Source: Candidatus Yanofskybacteria bacterium RIFCSPLOWO2_02_FULL_41_13 (lineage in GTDB: Bacteria > Patescibacteriota > Minisyncoccia > 2-02-FULL-40-12 > GWA2-44-9). From it: DNA of 64,000 nucleotides. Positions 1-9,382 of the stretch are shown here, piece after piece; within the stretch, counting starts at the first letter, position 1; each line of letters begins with the position of its first letter. Both the position numbers and the translations under genes were made by a program. The stretch lies in assembly GCA_001795735.1 (NCBI GenBank), contig MGKQ01000017.1, forward strand, positions 3,326-67,325, read 5' to 3'. The notes under the pieces were generated by a model, which saw only the letters and a list, made by a program, of their open reading frames with translations, was not told the DNA's origin and ran no database searches.

Positions 1-17
1 TTTATAATATCTTATTT

Positions 18-755
18 TTAAAATTTTTCCTTATACTCCCATATTCCCTTGAATAACTCCCGCAGATTATGTGCTAAACGTTTATCATAAATCTCAATTA
101 AATAATTCGGTTGTTCTTTATATGAAACCATGACTATATAATTGCCCCTGATCCAGACTGCTGAATTAAAATCGAATTTATCGCCGAAATACATAATTTC
201 TCTTTGTGGTAACTTAGGCATTCCTTTCTCTTCTGAATTAGTAATGACCTTAACTTTGAAATCTTTGGTATGAGGTCTGGTGTAATACCATTTGATCCAC
301 TTCTGGTAGCGGGGAGCGAAAGTAGGATCCTGCATGCCCCAAAGCGTTGAGTCTGTTTCTGCCATGCTCTTGTCCCACCTATCCGCTTCGGAATATAGAT
401 AACTCTCCAAATCCAATTCTGAGACAAATTTAATTTTGGGCACGGAATATTCTGTGTTTTTTGAAATAGTATGAAGTTCTGGTATTAAGCTGTCAACGAT
501 GTTCCGCTGCCTGTTAACATAGGTTTTTAGTTGCTCAGGATCCTGGGCTATCAGCATATTTGGACGACTTCCAAGATCTTGCGATATAAACCCTTTGGAC
601 ACCAACTCACTCGCCACACTATAAACCGTGGTTCGGTTGATGCCGGTTATTTTAGCAACTTCGGGAATATCTACTTTTCCCCTCTGTAAAATAGCCAGAT
701 ACAAAGCTATCTCCTTATCGCTTAAACCCAGTTTTTGTAAGTATTCAGTTATCAT
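18..755 (-). CDS. TrmB-family transcriptional regulator
   Basis: N-terminal LQKLGLSDKEIALYLAIL..GINRTTVYSV wHTH typical of TrmB; PLD-like C-terminal region. Confidence 0.85.
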   Translation of the reverse strand: MITEYLQKLGLSDKEIALYLAILQRGKVDIPEVAKITGINRTTVYSVASELVSKGFISQDLGSRPNMLIAQDPEQLKTYVNRQRNIVDSLIPELHTISKNTEYSVPKIKFVSELDLESYLYSEADRWDKSMAETDSTLWGMQDPTFAPRYQKWIKWYYTRPHTKDFKVKVITNSEEKGMPKLPQREIMYFGDKFDFNSAVWIRGNYIVMVSYKEQPNYLIEIYDKRLAHNLRELFKGIWEYKEKF

Positions 756-761
756 ATAGCC

Positions 762-791
762 ATTATATCATAGTTTGTTGAAAATTGTCAA
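762..791 (-). promoter_or_regulatory. sigma70 promoter of trmB-like gene (probably leaderless)
   Basis: Minus strand TTGACA (791-786), 18 nt, TGaTATAAT (-10 at 767-762); ATG follows 6 nt later. Confidence 0.7.
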
Positions 792-858
792 CAACATTTA
801 TCCACAATATATCGGCGTTATTTCAATACAATGGTTAAAATCGTTGACAATTGCAAAC
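775..858. promoter_or_regulatory. Paired palindromic operators (GTTGAmAATTGymAAC), candidate TrmB sites
   Basis: TTGTTGAAAATTGTCAACAA at 775-794 and GTTGACAATTGCAAAC at 843-858, each overlapping a -35 box of the divergent promoters. Confidence 0.55.
798..806 (+). promoter_or_regulatory. DnaA box
   Basis: Exact TTATCCACA. Confidence 0.45.
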
Positions 859-872
859 TAACATGATATACT
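844..872 (+). promoter_or_regulatory. sigma70 promoter
   Basis: TTGACA-17nt-TATACT. Confidence 0.75.
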
Positions 873-929
873 TGAGGTAGAACGTTGACAAAGGGCACTG
901 GTGCCCAACAGTTCTTTAAGGAGGATACC

Positions 930-1127
930 ATGTTCCAGCTTGGTGATCGTCTCGAACTCATCGGTTCCAGTAAGCGTGGCGGCTACGGAGACACCATTCT
1001 TCATGACGTTGCGGACACGGTCACGGTCGCTGAGGTGGTTTCGAGCCAGTTCGGCGACTGGCAGTTCGTTCGGATCGTCGGCCACGACAGACTTTTCCCC
1101 GCCGACTGGTTCGTCAAGATCAACTGA
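930..1127 (+). CDS. Small hypothetical protein (65 aa), GC-rich
   Basis: Strong SD AAGGAGG before ATG 930; MFQLGDRLELIG...FPADWFVKIN. Confidence 0.7.
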   Translation: MFQLGDRLELIGSSKRGGYGDTILHDVADTVTVAEVVSSQFGDWQFVRIVGHDRLFPADWFVKIN

Positions 1128-1130
1128 TCA

Positions 1131-1184
1131 AACGGATTCGTGCTCTTGCTGCAAAAGAGGGCTCCTAATGGTGGTGGTCAACCT
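1131..1184 (+). ncRNA. Putative structured 3'-UTR RNA motif, copy 1
   Basis: AACGGATTC-hairpin-CTCCT..GGT[GGTGGTCA]ACC; second copy at 1650-1704 shows compensatory changes. Confidence 0.55.
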
Positions 1185-1211
1185 GGGCGAAACTAAGTTT
1201 CGCCCCTTTCC
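1185..1211 (+). terminator. Terminator-like hairpin
   Basis: GGGCGAAAC-TAA-GTTTCGCCC followed by CTTTCC (weak U-tract). Confidence 0.5.
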
Positions 1212-1272
1212 TGAGACTACGAAATTATTCGCGGTCTCAGAATTGGGAAGTTCTTTTAATGGAGGGTGTGCT

Positions 1273-1644
1273 ATGAACCAAAATATGGAGGCTTGGCGTC
1301 ATCGAATGATTCAAAATGGTGCCGCGGTCAAGAAGATTTCGAAGGCGCTTGTGATTGCCTACTGGACCGAGAGTCGCGAGTCAGATGAAAGGCCGTGCTT
1401 TGCCTCTTACTTTTCAAGAAAAGACTATATCTGCTTCAATGTTTTCTATCGAGGCGTGGAGCAGACAGAGGAGGTTTGGTCGGCTACCTACGCTCGTTTC
1501 CCCGATGGGTGGGGACTCGTCGACTCAAAGGACGTTGAGCCTGTGAAGTTTGAGATGGGCCAATTTTCCGAATCCATCGTGAAGATTAAGGTCTTGGCGC
1601 GGCATGGTCGACAATATACGTTAACCTTCCGCTTCTCAAATTGA
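1273..1644 (+). CDS. Hypothetical protein (123 aa)
   Basis: SD GGAGG before ATG 1273; ORF-track frame 901..1644 trimmed to this start. Confidence 0.65.
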   Translation: MNQNMEAWRHRMIQNGAAVKKISKALVIAYWTESRESDERPCFASYFSRKDYICFNVFYRGVEQTEEVWSATYARFPDGWGLVDSKDVEPVKFEMGQFSESIVKIKVLARHGRQYTLTFRFSN

Positions 1645-1649
1645 ATCAC

Positions 1650-1704
1650 AACGGATTCCTGTACTTTTCCGAAAAAGAGTACTCCTCGCCCTGGAGGTCA
1701 AGGG
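1650..1704 (+). ncRNA. Putative structured 3'-UTR RNA motif, copy 2
   Basis: AACGGATTCC-GTACTTTT..AAGAGTAC-TCCT..CCCT[GGAGGTCA]AGGG. Confidence 0.55.
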
Positions 1705-1705
1705 T

Positions 1706-1731
1706 GCCACGCATATTGCGTAGCTTTTTTT
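1706..1731 (+). terminator. Intrinsic terminator
   Basis: GCCACGCA-TAT-TGCGTAGC followed by a T-run. Confidence 0.65.
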
Positions 1732-1735
1732 ATTT

Positions 1736-3943
1736 CTACTTCCTGGTTCTATTATGATACCTTTGATGGACTTCTCTTAATTGTTTGTCCGTTACGTGGG
1801 TGTATATCTGGGTTGTTGTCACTGAGGCATGGCCAAGCATAGACTGGACTGAGCGGATATCAGCACCATTACGGAGAAGGTCTGTGGCATACGAATTATG
1901 AGAGATAAATCCATCTGTAATGAGATTGTGAGTCGAATCAATGCCAAAATCAAAAACTTGTTGTTCGTCAGTTTTTATATTGTTAATTTTTTTAACCTTA
2001 AGCCAGATGAGATTTGAATTATCAGCCAGACTCTCTAAAAGTCGGCCTACACTTGAGAAATTCTCACCTTTTTTAAAGGTTTTTAGGCCGAGGATTATTT
2101 TGGATAGTAGATTTCTTGTCGGTGCCAACCACCTATATCTTCGTAGGTACTTTATATTATATTTTTTTTCAAGATATTGATGGAATCCGCTTTTCTCGGG
2201 TAAAGAATCCAGGATTTGAGATATCAAAGTTTGAGCAGGAATCTTATCAGACTCTATTTTGTCAGCTTTTCCTTGATAGATTATATCTTTTTTCAAAGTT
2301 GGAATAAGTTTTTTAAACTTTTTTTGCCCTTCCCTATCAAGGACATGGAGGGTAAAAATTGTATTGGGAATGATTTTACCTTGAGGCAATTTTACCATAC
2401 GATTTCTTTCTAAAACATGACTATCTATACCGAGCCGTATTAATAGCATTTGCAGATCTTTTAGCAGTTCTTTGCTGGAGGAAAAAATTTTTATGGTGCC
2501 GCTGTTACCTTCGGCATCATATATCCCGGCTAGAAACTGTCTAATTTCTGGTTCCGTCGCTTGTAATAATTGAGGGGGGACTCTCTTGTATGGTCCGGTT
2601 CCAATTGGAATGTAATTTCTTAAAAAACTGACCATCTTTTTTGAATAAAAAATTAGCTTATAGGAATTGCTATCTCTCTTTACTAAAAAGGGTTTCTTAC
2701 CAAAGTTTTTTTCAAAAATATTACTATAAAATTTTAAAAAATCCTTATTCTTATCATATATTTTTACCCCACGAAAACGTTCGTTAATCACTCCATCACC
2801 CAGAATATACCCGATAAGTCTCCAAATCTCTGGTTTAAGAAACTTGCGCCCGATCATTTTGATTTCTTTTACCCCAGCAAGATAAGTTCCTAGTTTAATA
2901 TCCTTAGCTTCTATTTCATCAATACCGCCGGTATTTATTGTAAATAGACGGTGTTTGGGTGTGCAAATAAGTTCGTGGCCATCAGCTCGAATTCTAATCA
3001 ACTTATTTTCCATATGACTAAATTTCTGTACCACTTTTTTATCCCTCAATAGACCCCTTTCAAAATCCATGCTTTTGGCGAAGGTGTTGCGGTTTTTGAA
3101 AAGAGTAAGGGCCGAGCAGATCTCCTTATCTAGAAAAATCCTTGTTTCTCTATGCAGACAATGTCTCAATGTATGAGGACTTATTTTTTTACCCATTATC
3201 CCGGCTTTTATTGAATATTTTTTAATAATTCTCTGGATGCTTCTTGGGGTCAGGCGCAAGTTGTCATCTTTTGAAAATGTCTTGCTCTTTGGGATTCTAA
3301 TGAACAGGGCCTCGTCGACATCAGAACGTTTGGATATATACTCATTTATTCTTTTTTTGGCATCCTCCGAAAGAAAAACAAGCCTTATCTTACCGCCCTT
3401 GCCCCTGATCGATAGCTCTCCCCTCTTAACGTCTATTTCCCCCCGATTAAGCGAGCACAGTTCGGATACACGCATACCGGTACTGAAAAGAGTTACGAGA
3501 ATTGCTCTGTCCCTCATCACATCAAGATTCATTCCTTCTGGGGCATCAAAAAGACGCTGAATTTCATCCAGCTCAAGAAATGTCACTTCCCTATCCTCCT
3601 GCTTGCCTAGCTCTATTCTCTCAGCCGGAACAGTTTTTATCCCGACTTTTACTAAATACTTTAAAAAATTACGCAAAGCAATTACATGATAATTCTGGGT
3701 TATTTTCTTAAGCGGCCGGCCTTTTGAATCGCGCAGACGATTTAAATTTAAACGGTACTGGCGGATTAAGTCTTCGTTTAGCTGGCCTATGGTTTTTATC
3801 TTAGCAAAAGCCAGAAACCTATCTAAATACCGCCCATAGTTCTCAAGGGTCTTTAAAGACTTGTTCTTCTCTATCTCCAGATATTCCAGATATCTTATTT
3901 TTAAATCTTTAATGTCCGACATATTTGGGGCCTGCTCCGTCAC
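1736..3943 (-). CDS. xerC: XerC/XerD-type tyrosine recombinase containing an intein
   Basis: SAM-like N-domain, [24 protein letters not shown]|[21 protein letters not shown]; about 313 aa after intein removal. Confidence 0.85.
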   Translation of the reverse strand: MTEQAPNMSDIKDLKIRYLEYLEIEKNKSLKTLENYGRYLDRFLAFAKIKTIGQLNEDLIRQYRLNLNRLRDSKGRPLKKITQNYHVIALRNFLKYLVKVGIKTVPAERIELGKQEDREVTFLELDEIQRLFDAPEGMNLDVMRDRAILVTLFSTGMRVSELCSLNRGEIDVKRGELSIRGKGGKIRLVFLSEDAKKRINEYISKRSDVDEALFIRIPKSKTFSKDDNLRLTPRSIQRIIKKYSIKAGIMGKKISPHTLRHCLHRETRIFLDKEICSALTLFKNRNTFAKSMDFERGLLRDKKVVQKFSHMENKLIRIRADGHELICTPKHRLFTINTGGIDEIEAKDIKLGTYLAGVKEIKMIGRKFLKPEIWRLIGYILGDGVINERFRGVKIYDKNKDFLKFYSNIFEKNFGKKPFLVKRDSNSYKLIFYSKKMVSFLRNYIPIGTGPYKRVPPQLLQATEPEIRQFLAGIYDAEGNSGTIKIFSSSKELLKDLQMLLIRLGIDSHVLERNRMVKLPQGKIIPNTIFTLHVLDREGQKKFKKLIPTLKKDIIYQGKADKIESDKIPAQTLISQILDSLPEKSGFHQYLEKKYNIKYLRRYRWLAPTRNLLSKIILGLKTFKKGENFSSVGRLLESLADNSNLIWLKVKKINNIKTDEQQVFDFGIDSTHNLITDGFISHNSYATDLLRNGADIRSVQSMLGHASVTTTQIYTHVTDKQLREVHQRYHNRTRK
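1895..3160 (-). mobile_element. Intein (422 aa) with LAGLIDADG homing endonuclease
   Basis: Begins Cys (CLHRET), block [18 protein letters not shown] and [10 protein letters not shown] motifs, ends HN followed by Ser(+1). Confidence 0.92.
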
Positions 3944-4130
3944 TCAACAAGCGCCTCATCAAAGGCGACCCGAATAAGTGTATTTTAAAAAATAATTTGA
4001 GTTGCGAATACCGAACTATAACCCGAGATAGGTGACAAGGAGTCCTGCGCTTGTTGTAGTGCGGGGTCGCATAATAATTATAGCAGGTTCTGTTGTAAAA
4101 GTAAGTAGTTTATGTTACAATTCTGATGTT

Positions 4131-4394
4131 ATGTTAACTCCACAGCAAAAGGCTAAAATACTAAATAACTTCAGGGTTCATGATAAAGATACAGGCTCTC
4201 CCGAAGCCCAGATTGCTTTGTTTACTGAAGAGATCGAAAAACTGACGAAACATCTCAAAAAACATGGCAAAGATAACAGTTCCCGTGTCGGCCTTTTGAA
4301 AATGGTTGCCAAAAGAAAAAGACTGCTCGACTATCTGAAAAGGGGGGACGCCAAAAGATACAGTTCTCTAGTGAAGAAGCTTGGCCTTAAATGA
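4131..4394 (+). CDS. rpsO: 30S ribosomal protein S15
   Basis: HDKDTGSPEAQIAL..HLKKHGKDNSSRVGLLKMVAKRKRLLDYL. Confidence 0.97.
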   Translation: MLTPQQKAKILNNFRVHDKDTGSPEAQIALFTEEIEKLTKHLKKHGKDNSSRVGLLKMVAKRKRLLDYLKRGDAKRYSSLVKKLGLK

Positions 4395-4397
4395 AGC

Positions 4398-4790
4398 ATG
4401 AAAAAGGAGTTCTATAGCTGGAATCAATTCGAGAAAGATTGCAATAAACTGGCCAAACTTGTTAAAAAAAGTAAGCAGTCGCTTAAGGCCGTCTATGGCA
4501 TACCTAGAGGAGGGCTTACTTTGGCCGTTAGGCTTTCTCATAAACTGGAGCTGCCCCTTATTGTAGATGGGTCCTTAGTTAACAGAAGCACTCTTATCGT
4601 TGATGATATTGCTGATTCTGGAAAAACCCTAATATTGTTTTGCGGCAAGAATAAATATATTACAGCCACTTTGTTTTACAGTCCGAATAGTGACTGTAAA
4701 CCGACGTATTTTTCAAGAAAAAAAGAAAAATGGGTGGTTTTCCCTTGGGAAGAAGAGAAGACAAGTAAGTATGATAAAACAAAAGTATGA
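4398..4790 (+). CDS. Phosphoribosyltransferase (purine PRT-like)
   Basis: GIPRGG, LIVDDIADSGKT PRPP loop, WVVFPWE. Confidence 0.85.
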   Translation: MKKEFYSWNQFEKDCNKLAKLVKKSKQSLKAVYGIPRGGLTLAVRLSHKLELPLIVDGSLVNRSTLIVDDIADSGKTLILFCGKNKYITATLFYSPNSDCKPTYFSRKKEKWVVFPWEEEKTSKYDKTKV

Positions 4791-5338
4791 TGACAAATAA
4801 AAAAATCACAATTCCTCAAAGAAAGAACCATCGAGTCGGAGTTTTCGTTGATGTCCAGAATATGTATCATTCGGCAAAGAACCTCTACGGAGCAAGGGTT
4901 AACTTTAAAGAGCTGCTCAGGATTGCCGTAGCTAACAGGGAGCTCGTGAGAGCCGTGGCCTATGTGGTTAAATCCGACACCGAAGAAGAGAAGGCCTTTT
5001 TTGATGCCCTCGAAAAAGCCGGATTTGAACTAAAAATCAAAGACCTGCAGATATTCCCGGGCGGCATGAAAAAGGGTGATTGGGATGTCGGTCTGGCAAT
5101 TGACGCCATAGGCATGTCCAAACAGTTGGATGTAGTGGTTATAGTGTCAGGAGACGGCGATTTTGAGCCATTAATCAGCTATTTAAAGCATGGCGGATTG
5201 ATAGTCGAGACTGTCGGTTTCAGGAGAAGTACAAGCTCAAAATCAATTGAAGTAGCCAATAACTTTTTTGACTTAGATGAGATTTACGATAAAGTACTAA
5301 TGGTGGGCAAAAAGCATTTTAATAAGTATAGGAAATAA
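4787..5338 (+). CDS. NYN-domain (LabA/DUF88) protein
   Basis: FVDVQN, KGDWDVGLAID, VSGDGDF motifs. Confidence 0.9.
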   Translation: MMTNKKITIPQRKNHRVGVFVDVQNMYHSAKNLYGARVNFKELLRIAVANRELVRAVAYVVKSDTEEEKAFFDALEKAGFELKIKDLQIFPGGMKKGDWDVGLAIDAIGMSKQLDVVVIVSGDGDFEPLISYLKHGGLIVETVGFRRSTSSKSIEVANNFFDLDEIYDKVLMVGKKHFNKYRK

Positions 5339-5342
5339 TTCA

Positions 5343-5457
5343 TAGATAATTCGGGGCAGATCGAGAAACAAGGTAGTCGGGGTTTTCCCCAGCCCTAGTT
5401 TTTTTTAAAAAACTAGGGCTGGGAAGAATCTCGTTACTCGTCTGGCCTGGTTATTTA
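5343..5457 (+). promoter_or_regulatory. Long hairpin in pnp leader
   Basis: CCCAGCCCTAGTTTTTT/AAAAAACTAGGGCTGGG core stem with extended imperfect pairing ending about 10 nt before the ATG. Confidence 0.5.
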
Positions 5458-5467
5458 CCTGATCTAA

Positions 5468-7567
5468 ATGCCTATTAAAAGGTATGAGGAAGAGTTCGCG
5501 GGAAAACTGCTGAAAGTTGAAATTGGCCGGTTAGCCAACCTGGCTAACGGCTCGGTCTATGTTCAGTACGGAAATACGGCTGTTCTTGTAACGGCGGTAA
5601 TGTCTTCGTCGACAAAATCGGTAGATTATATGCCTCTTTCGGTTGACTACGAAGAAAGATATTATGCCGCCGGAAAAATTAAAGGTTCAAAATGGATGAA
5701 AAGAGAAGGTCGGCCTTCGGATGAGGCAATTCTAAGCGGACGCCTGATTGATCGGTCTTTGCGTCCTCGATTTGATCATCGAATACGCAATGATATTCAA
5801 ATCGTAGCAACGGTGCTGTCTTTTGACGGACAAAACGATCCAGATATGCCGGCATTATTTGGCGCATCTCTAGCCTTAACGATATCGGATATTCCCTTTA
5901 ACGGCCCGGTGGCAAGTACCCGAATCGGACGGATTGAAGGCAAATTAGTTTTCAATCCCACCTATGAAGAACGGCTAAAAAGCGACTTTGACATTGTCGC
6001 CGCCGGAACTTCCAACCGGATAAATATGATCGAAGCCGGAGCTTCAATAGTGGCTGAAAAAGACATTGCCGAAGCAATTGTTTCTGGCTTTAAAGAATTT
6101 CAAAAACTCATCAAATTTCAGGAGGTTATCTCCGGTGATTTAAAACCCAAAAAACGACAGCTTGCTTTAGCCGAAACGGACAAAGAACTTGCCAAGGCGG
6201 TTAAAGACTTTTCAGCTTCAAGCCTTGAAAAAGCAATTTATACCAAGAATAAGCAGGAGTATGTCGAAAATATGGCCAAAGCGAAGGAAGACCTATCGCA
6301 ACGCATAAAAGACTTGTTTAAAGATACTTCCAATATTGATGCAAAGCTCAAAGAAGCTGTCCACTTGTTCGACGAGGAGATCAATGATGTTGTTCATGAG
6401 AATATTCTGGCGTCCGAAAAAAGACCCGACTTCAGAAAATTAGATGAAGTAAGAGAACTGGCCGTAGACTGCGGCGTTCTCCCCCATTCTCATGGTTCAG
6501 GATTGTTTCAGCGCGGAACAACCCAGGTTCTTTCCACCTTAACCCTGGCTTCTCCGGGTATGGAACAGTGGGTAGAAACAATGGAAATAGAGCTTACTAA
6601 AAAAAGATTTATGCATCATTACATATTCCCACCATTTAGCGTCGGCGAAGTTGGCCGAATCGGAGGTACTGGACGGCGCGATATCGGTCACGGAGCCTTA
6701 GCTGAGAGAGCTCTGTCGCCTGTTATTCCCCCGAAAGATTCTTTTCCCTACACAATTCGTATGGTTTCCGAAACGCTGGCCTCCAATGGGTCATCTTCGA
6801 TGGCTTCGGTCTGCGGTTCATCTCTGGCTTTGATGGACGGTGGCGTACCAGTTTCTTCAGCTGTAGCCGGCATTGCCATGGGGGTTATGTTCGATAAGGA
6901 AGGTCAAAATTATAAAGTTTTAACCGACATTCAGGGTCCCGAAGACCATCATGGCGATATGGATTTCAAAGTTGCCGGAACCAAAGATGGCATCACTGCC
7001 ATGCAGATGGATGTTAAAGTTGAAGGAATCACCGGTGAAGTTCTTGAAAAAGCCCTCCTTCAAGCCCAAAAAGCCCGGCTGGAAATCCTCGGAAAAATGA
7101 ATTCCAAAATTGCCCAGCCCAGACCCGATCTTTCGCCTCTAGCCCCCCGAGTTCAGACCATCAAAATAGATCCCGAAAAAATAGGGGCGGTTATCGGCAA
7201 AGGCGGTGAAATAATCAACAAAATTATCGAAGAAACTGGCGCAGAAATTGATATTGAAGACGATGGGTCAATTTTTATTACCTGCATATCGGCCGAGGGA
7301 ATGAAGAAGGCTATTTCTATGATTGAAGAGCTCACCTATGAGGTAAGGCCGGAAGACGAGTTTGATGGCAGAGTTGTTAGCATTAGGGACTTCGGGGCTT
7401 TTATTGAGATCATGCCGGGAAAGGATGGTATGGTTCACATCTCAGAGATAAGCGATGAGAGAGTAAAAAGCGTTTCGGATGTTCTAAAGATGGGCCAAAA
7501 AGTTCACGTTCGGGTTAAGGGTGTTGATGAGATGGGCAGGATAAGTTTAACTATGAGAAAGAAGTAA
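5468..7567 (+). CDS. pnp: Polyribonucleotide nucleotidyltransferase
   Basis: Two RNase PH domains, SNGSSSMAS, GDMDFKVAG, KH and S1 domains. Confidence 0.97.
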   Translation: MPIKRYEEEFAGKLLKVEIGRLANLANGSVYVQYGNTAVLVTAVMSSSTKSVDYMPLSVDYEERYYAAGKIKGSKWMKREGRPSDEAILSGRLIDRSLRPRFDHRIRNDIQIVATVLSFDGQNDPDMPALFGASLALTISDIPFNGPVASTRIGRIEGKLVFNPTYEERLKSDFDIVAAGTSNRINMIEAGASIVAEKDIAEAIVSGFKEFQKLIKFQEVISGDLKPKKRQLALAETDKELAKAVKDFSASSLEKAIYTKNKQEYVENMAKAKEDLSQRIKDLFKDTSNIDAKLKEAVHLFDEEINDVVHENILASEKRPDFRKLDEVRELAVDCGVLPHSHGSGLFQRGTTQVLSTLTLASPGMEQWVETMEIELTKKRFMHHYIFPPFSVGEVGRIGGTGRRDIGHGALAERALSPVIPPKDSFPYTIRMVSETLASNGSSSMASVCGSSLALMDGGVPVSSAVAGIAMGVMFDKEGQNYKVLTDIQGPEDHHGDMDFKVAGTKDGITAMQMDVKVEGITGEVLEKALLQAQKARLEILGKMNSKIAQPRPDLSPLAPRVQTIKIDPEKIGAVIGKGGEIINKIIEETGAEIDIEDDGSIFITCISAEGMKKAISMIEELTYEVRPEDEFDGRVVSIRDFGAFIEIMPGKDGMVHISEISDERVKSVSDVLKMGQKVHVRVKGVDEMGRISLTMRKK

Positions 7568-7699
7568 TAATTGATAATCTCCATTATATCTAATGATGCA
7601 AATATGGTAGAATTAGTCTGACTATGAAGATGTAACAAGCTAATAGGTCTTAAACATTTTTTTGGTTTATAACCTTAGGTTTGTAAATCCTACCACGGA

Positions 7700-9154
7700 A
7701 TGGATGAGAAAGATCAAAAAACACTCACCATCGCTGATATATTAGAGCAGCTAACAAAACCGTCCGTTATTCAATCTCAAGTACCTTTGGGACCAATTTC
7801 GGTTCCGAAAACTACGTTCTCGCCACTACCAGTTCAGTCAGCTGAATCAGGAATTAGACTTCCGGAATTAGGCAAAAAGCTAGAATCATCAACAGCTGTT
7901 CCCATACCGTCCATTGGTCAGTCGCCGAAAGATATTAGAATGTCCATAAGGACAATGTCGGCTGACTTAGCTAGACTTAAGCAAGGCCAAAAACCTACGG
8001 TTTTTGAGGTTAAAAAAACAGCCCTATCAACCCAAAAAGTCGATGGAATATCTCCCCCGCTATCTGCTGTAGCTAAGACGCCTTTGCAAACAGCAGTACC
8101 ACCACCCATAGCTTCACCCCCTTCTTTACAAACACCAGCTTTCAGACCAAGCCCTGTCGTCAGGTCGGTTCCGTCATTTCAGCCATCGCCTAGGCCAGTT
8201 TCCGGTCCATTGGAACCAAGACCTCTCCCCCCTCTACCATCACTTTCCCAGAAAAAGTCAAAAGAACCGGAGCATCGTCACCCGGAGAGGATAATCTCTC
8301 AAGATTCACTGCCATCTTTTCTTGGCGCCCCAGTTCCTAAAAAAGTAGCAAAGCCGCCGGAAGAAAAAGTCGAGTATGGACTAATTGCCAGAGTAATAGG
8401 CAGTGGCATGACTACGGGTATCATCAGTACTATCGTTGTAGCTCTGGCCATATATATTCTTCTTACGTATTTTGTTTTCAACAAAGAAGATACCACCGTT
8501 ACGACTCCCGTTCCAACTCAAAGCGAAACATTACCGACACCTGTAATTAACGAGCTGGAGACAATTTTTAAGGCTGTTCCGGCCGACAATTTTTCGATAC
8601 CCGATAATAAAGAACAAACAGTCTCGGTACTGATAAGCTTCATGAGGAATAAGGTGCTGGTCAAAAAAGAACTAAGGAGGATTAACTTTATACCGTCATC
8701 GGATCAAGTAAAGATAGACGATTTTCACAAACTTTTAGATACTCTAGAGGTTAAGTATCCAGCGGAGCTTAAAGATAACGTCAATACAAATCGGATAGTC
8801 ATGTTATACGGCCAGGATGAACTATTCAGCCAGGCAGTAGAAGTCCCTAAAAGAATGATTTTTATTACAGAGGTTAAGGATACAGACAAAATTATCAGCT
8901 TAATAAAGCGTTGGGAACTAACTATGCCCAACGATTTTAAGAATATTTTTGAGCTAGATGTAAGCAAGCAAGCAAGCCAGAACTTCTTAGATAACCAGTA
9001 TCGCAATACCTCTATACGTTATAATAACTTTCCTTTTCCGGACAGAAGCATTGATTATGCAGTCGTGGCATCATTAACCGGCAAGCAGTACCTTATTATT
9101 ACTAACTCACGGGAATCTATTTATCTCCCGATTGATAAGATCAAGGGTCTTTAA
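7700..9154 (+). CDS. Proline-rich single-pass membrane hypothetical protein
   Basis: Pro/Ser-rich N-half, IRTMSADL motif, one TM segment, globular C-terminal domain. Confidence 0.7.
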   Translation: MDEKDQKTLTIADILEQLTKPSVIQSQVPLGPISVPKTTFSPLPVQSAESGIRLPELGKKLESSTAVPIPSIGQSPKDIRMSIRTMSADLARLKQGQKPTVFEVKKTALSTQKVDGISPPLSAVAKTPLQTAVPPPIASPPSLQTPAFRPSPVVRSVPSFQPSPRPVSGPLEPRPLPPLPSLSQKKSKEPEHRHPERIISQDSLPSFLGAPVPKKVAKPPEEKVEYGLIARVIGSGMTTGIISTIVVALAIYILLTYFVFNKEDTTVTTPVPTQSETLPTPVINELETIFKAVPADNFSIPDNKEQTVSVLISFMRNKVLVKKELRRINFIPSSDQVKIDDFHKLLDTLEVKYPAELKDNVNTNRIVMLYGQDELFSQAVEVPKRMIFITEVKDTDKIISLIKRWELTMPNDFKNIFELDVSKQASQNFLDNQYRNTSIRYNNFPFPDRSIDYAVVASLTGKQYLIITNSRESIYLPIDKIKGL

Positions 9155-9176
9155 AGCAACTTTAGTCTCAGTAAAG

Positions 9177-9336
9177 TCAGTCACTATTTGTTATCATTCT
9201 GTTAATAAGTCACTTTCGGTTTATTACAATCCGGCTTCTTTTCTGCAAATGTCACCAATTAATGTAGATTTTAAGCTATTTTTTGAAGGTGACATTTATC
9301 GGTGACATAATTTTTATTGGTGACAAATTATCCACA
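9177..9336. repeat. Array of GTGAC/GTCAC motifs plus a DnaA box
   Basis: GGTGACA x3 (about 9288, 9301, 9319), inverted TGTCACC about 9250, GTCACT x2; TTATCCACA at 9328-9336. Confidence 0.5.
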
Positions 9337-9346
9337 GACTGCCATG

Positions 9347-9376
9347 TTGACTTTGCATAATGCAGGATGCTATACT
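9347..9376 (+). promoter_or_regulatory. sigma70 promoter
   Basis: TTGACT-18nt-TATACT with extended TGn. Confidence 0.65.
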
Positions 9377-9382
9377 CAGTAT

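Noticed and set aside
901-1644. Single 247-aa ORF in the track
   Set aside because: Its 5' part overlaps the SD-led 930-1127 gene and runs through a terminator hairpin; the real start is the SD-led ATG at 1273
930-3943. Integron (integrase plus attC cassettes)
   Set aside because: The recombinase looks like chromosomal XerC/D without an evident IntI insertion and is convergent with the genes; the repeats lack RYYYAAC..GTTRRRY ends
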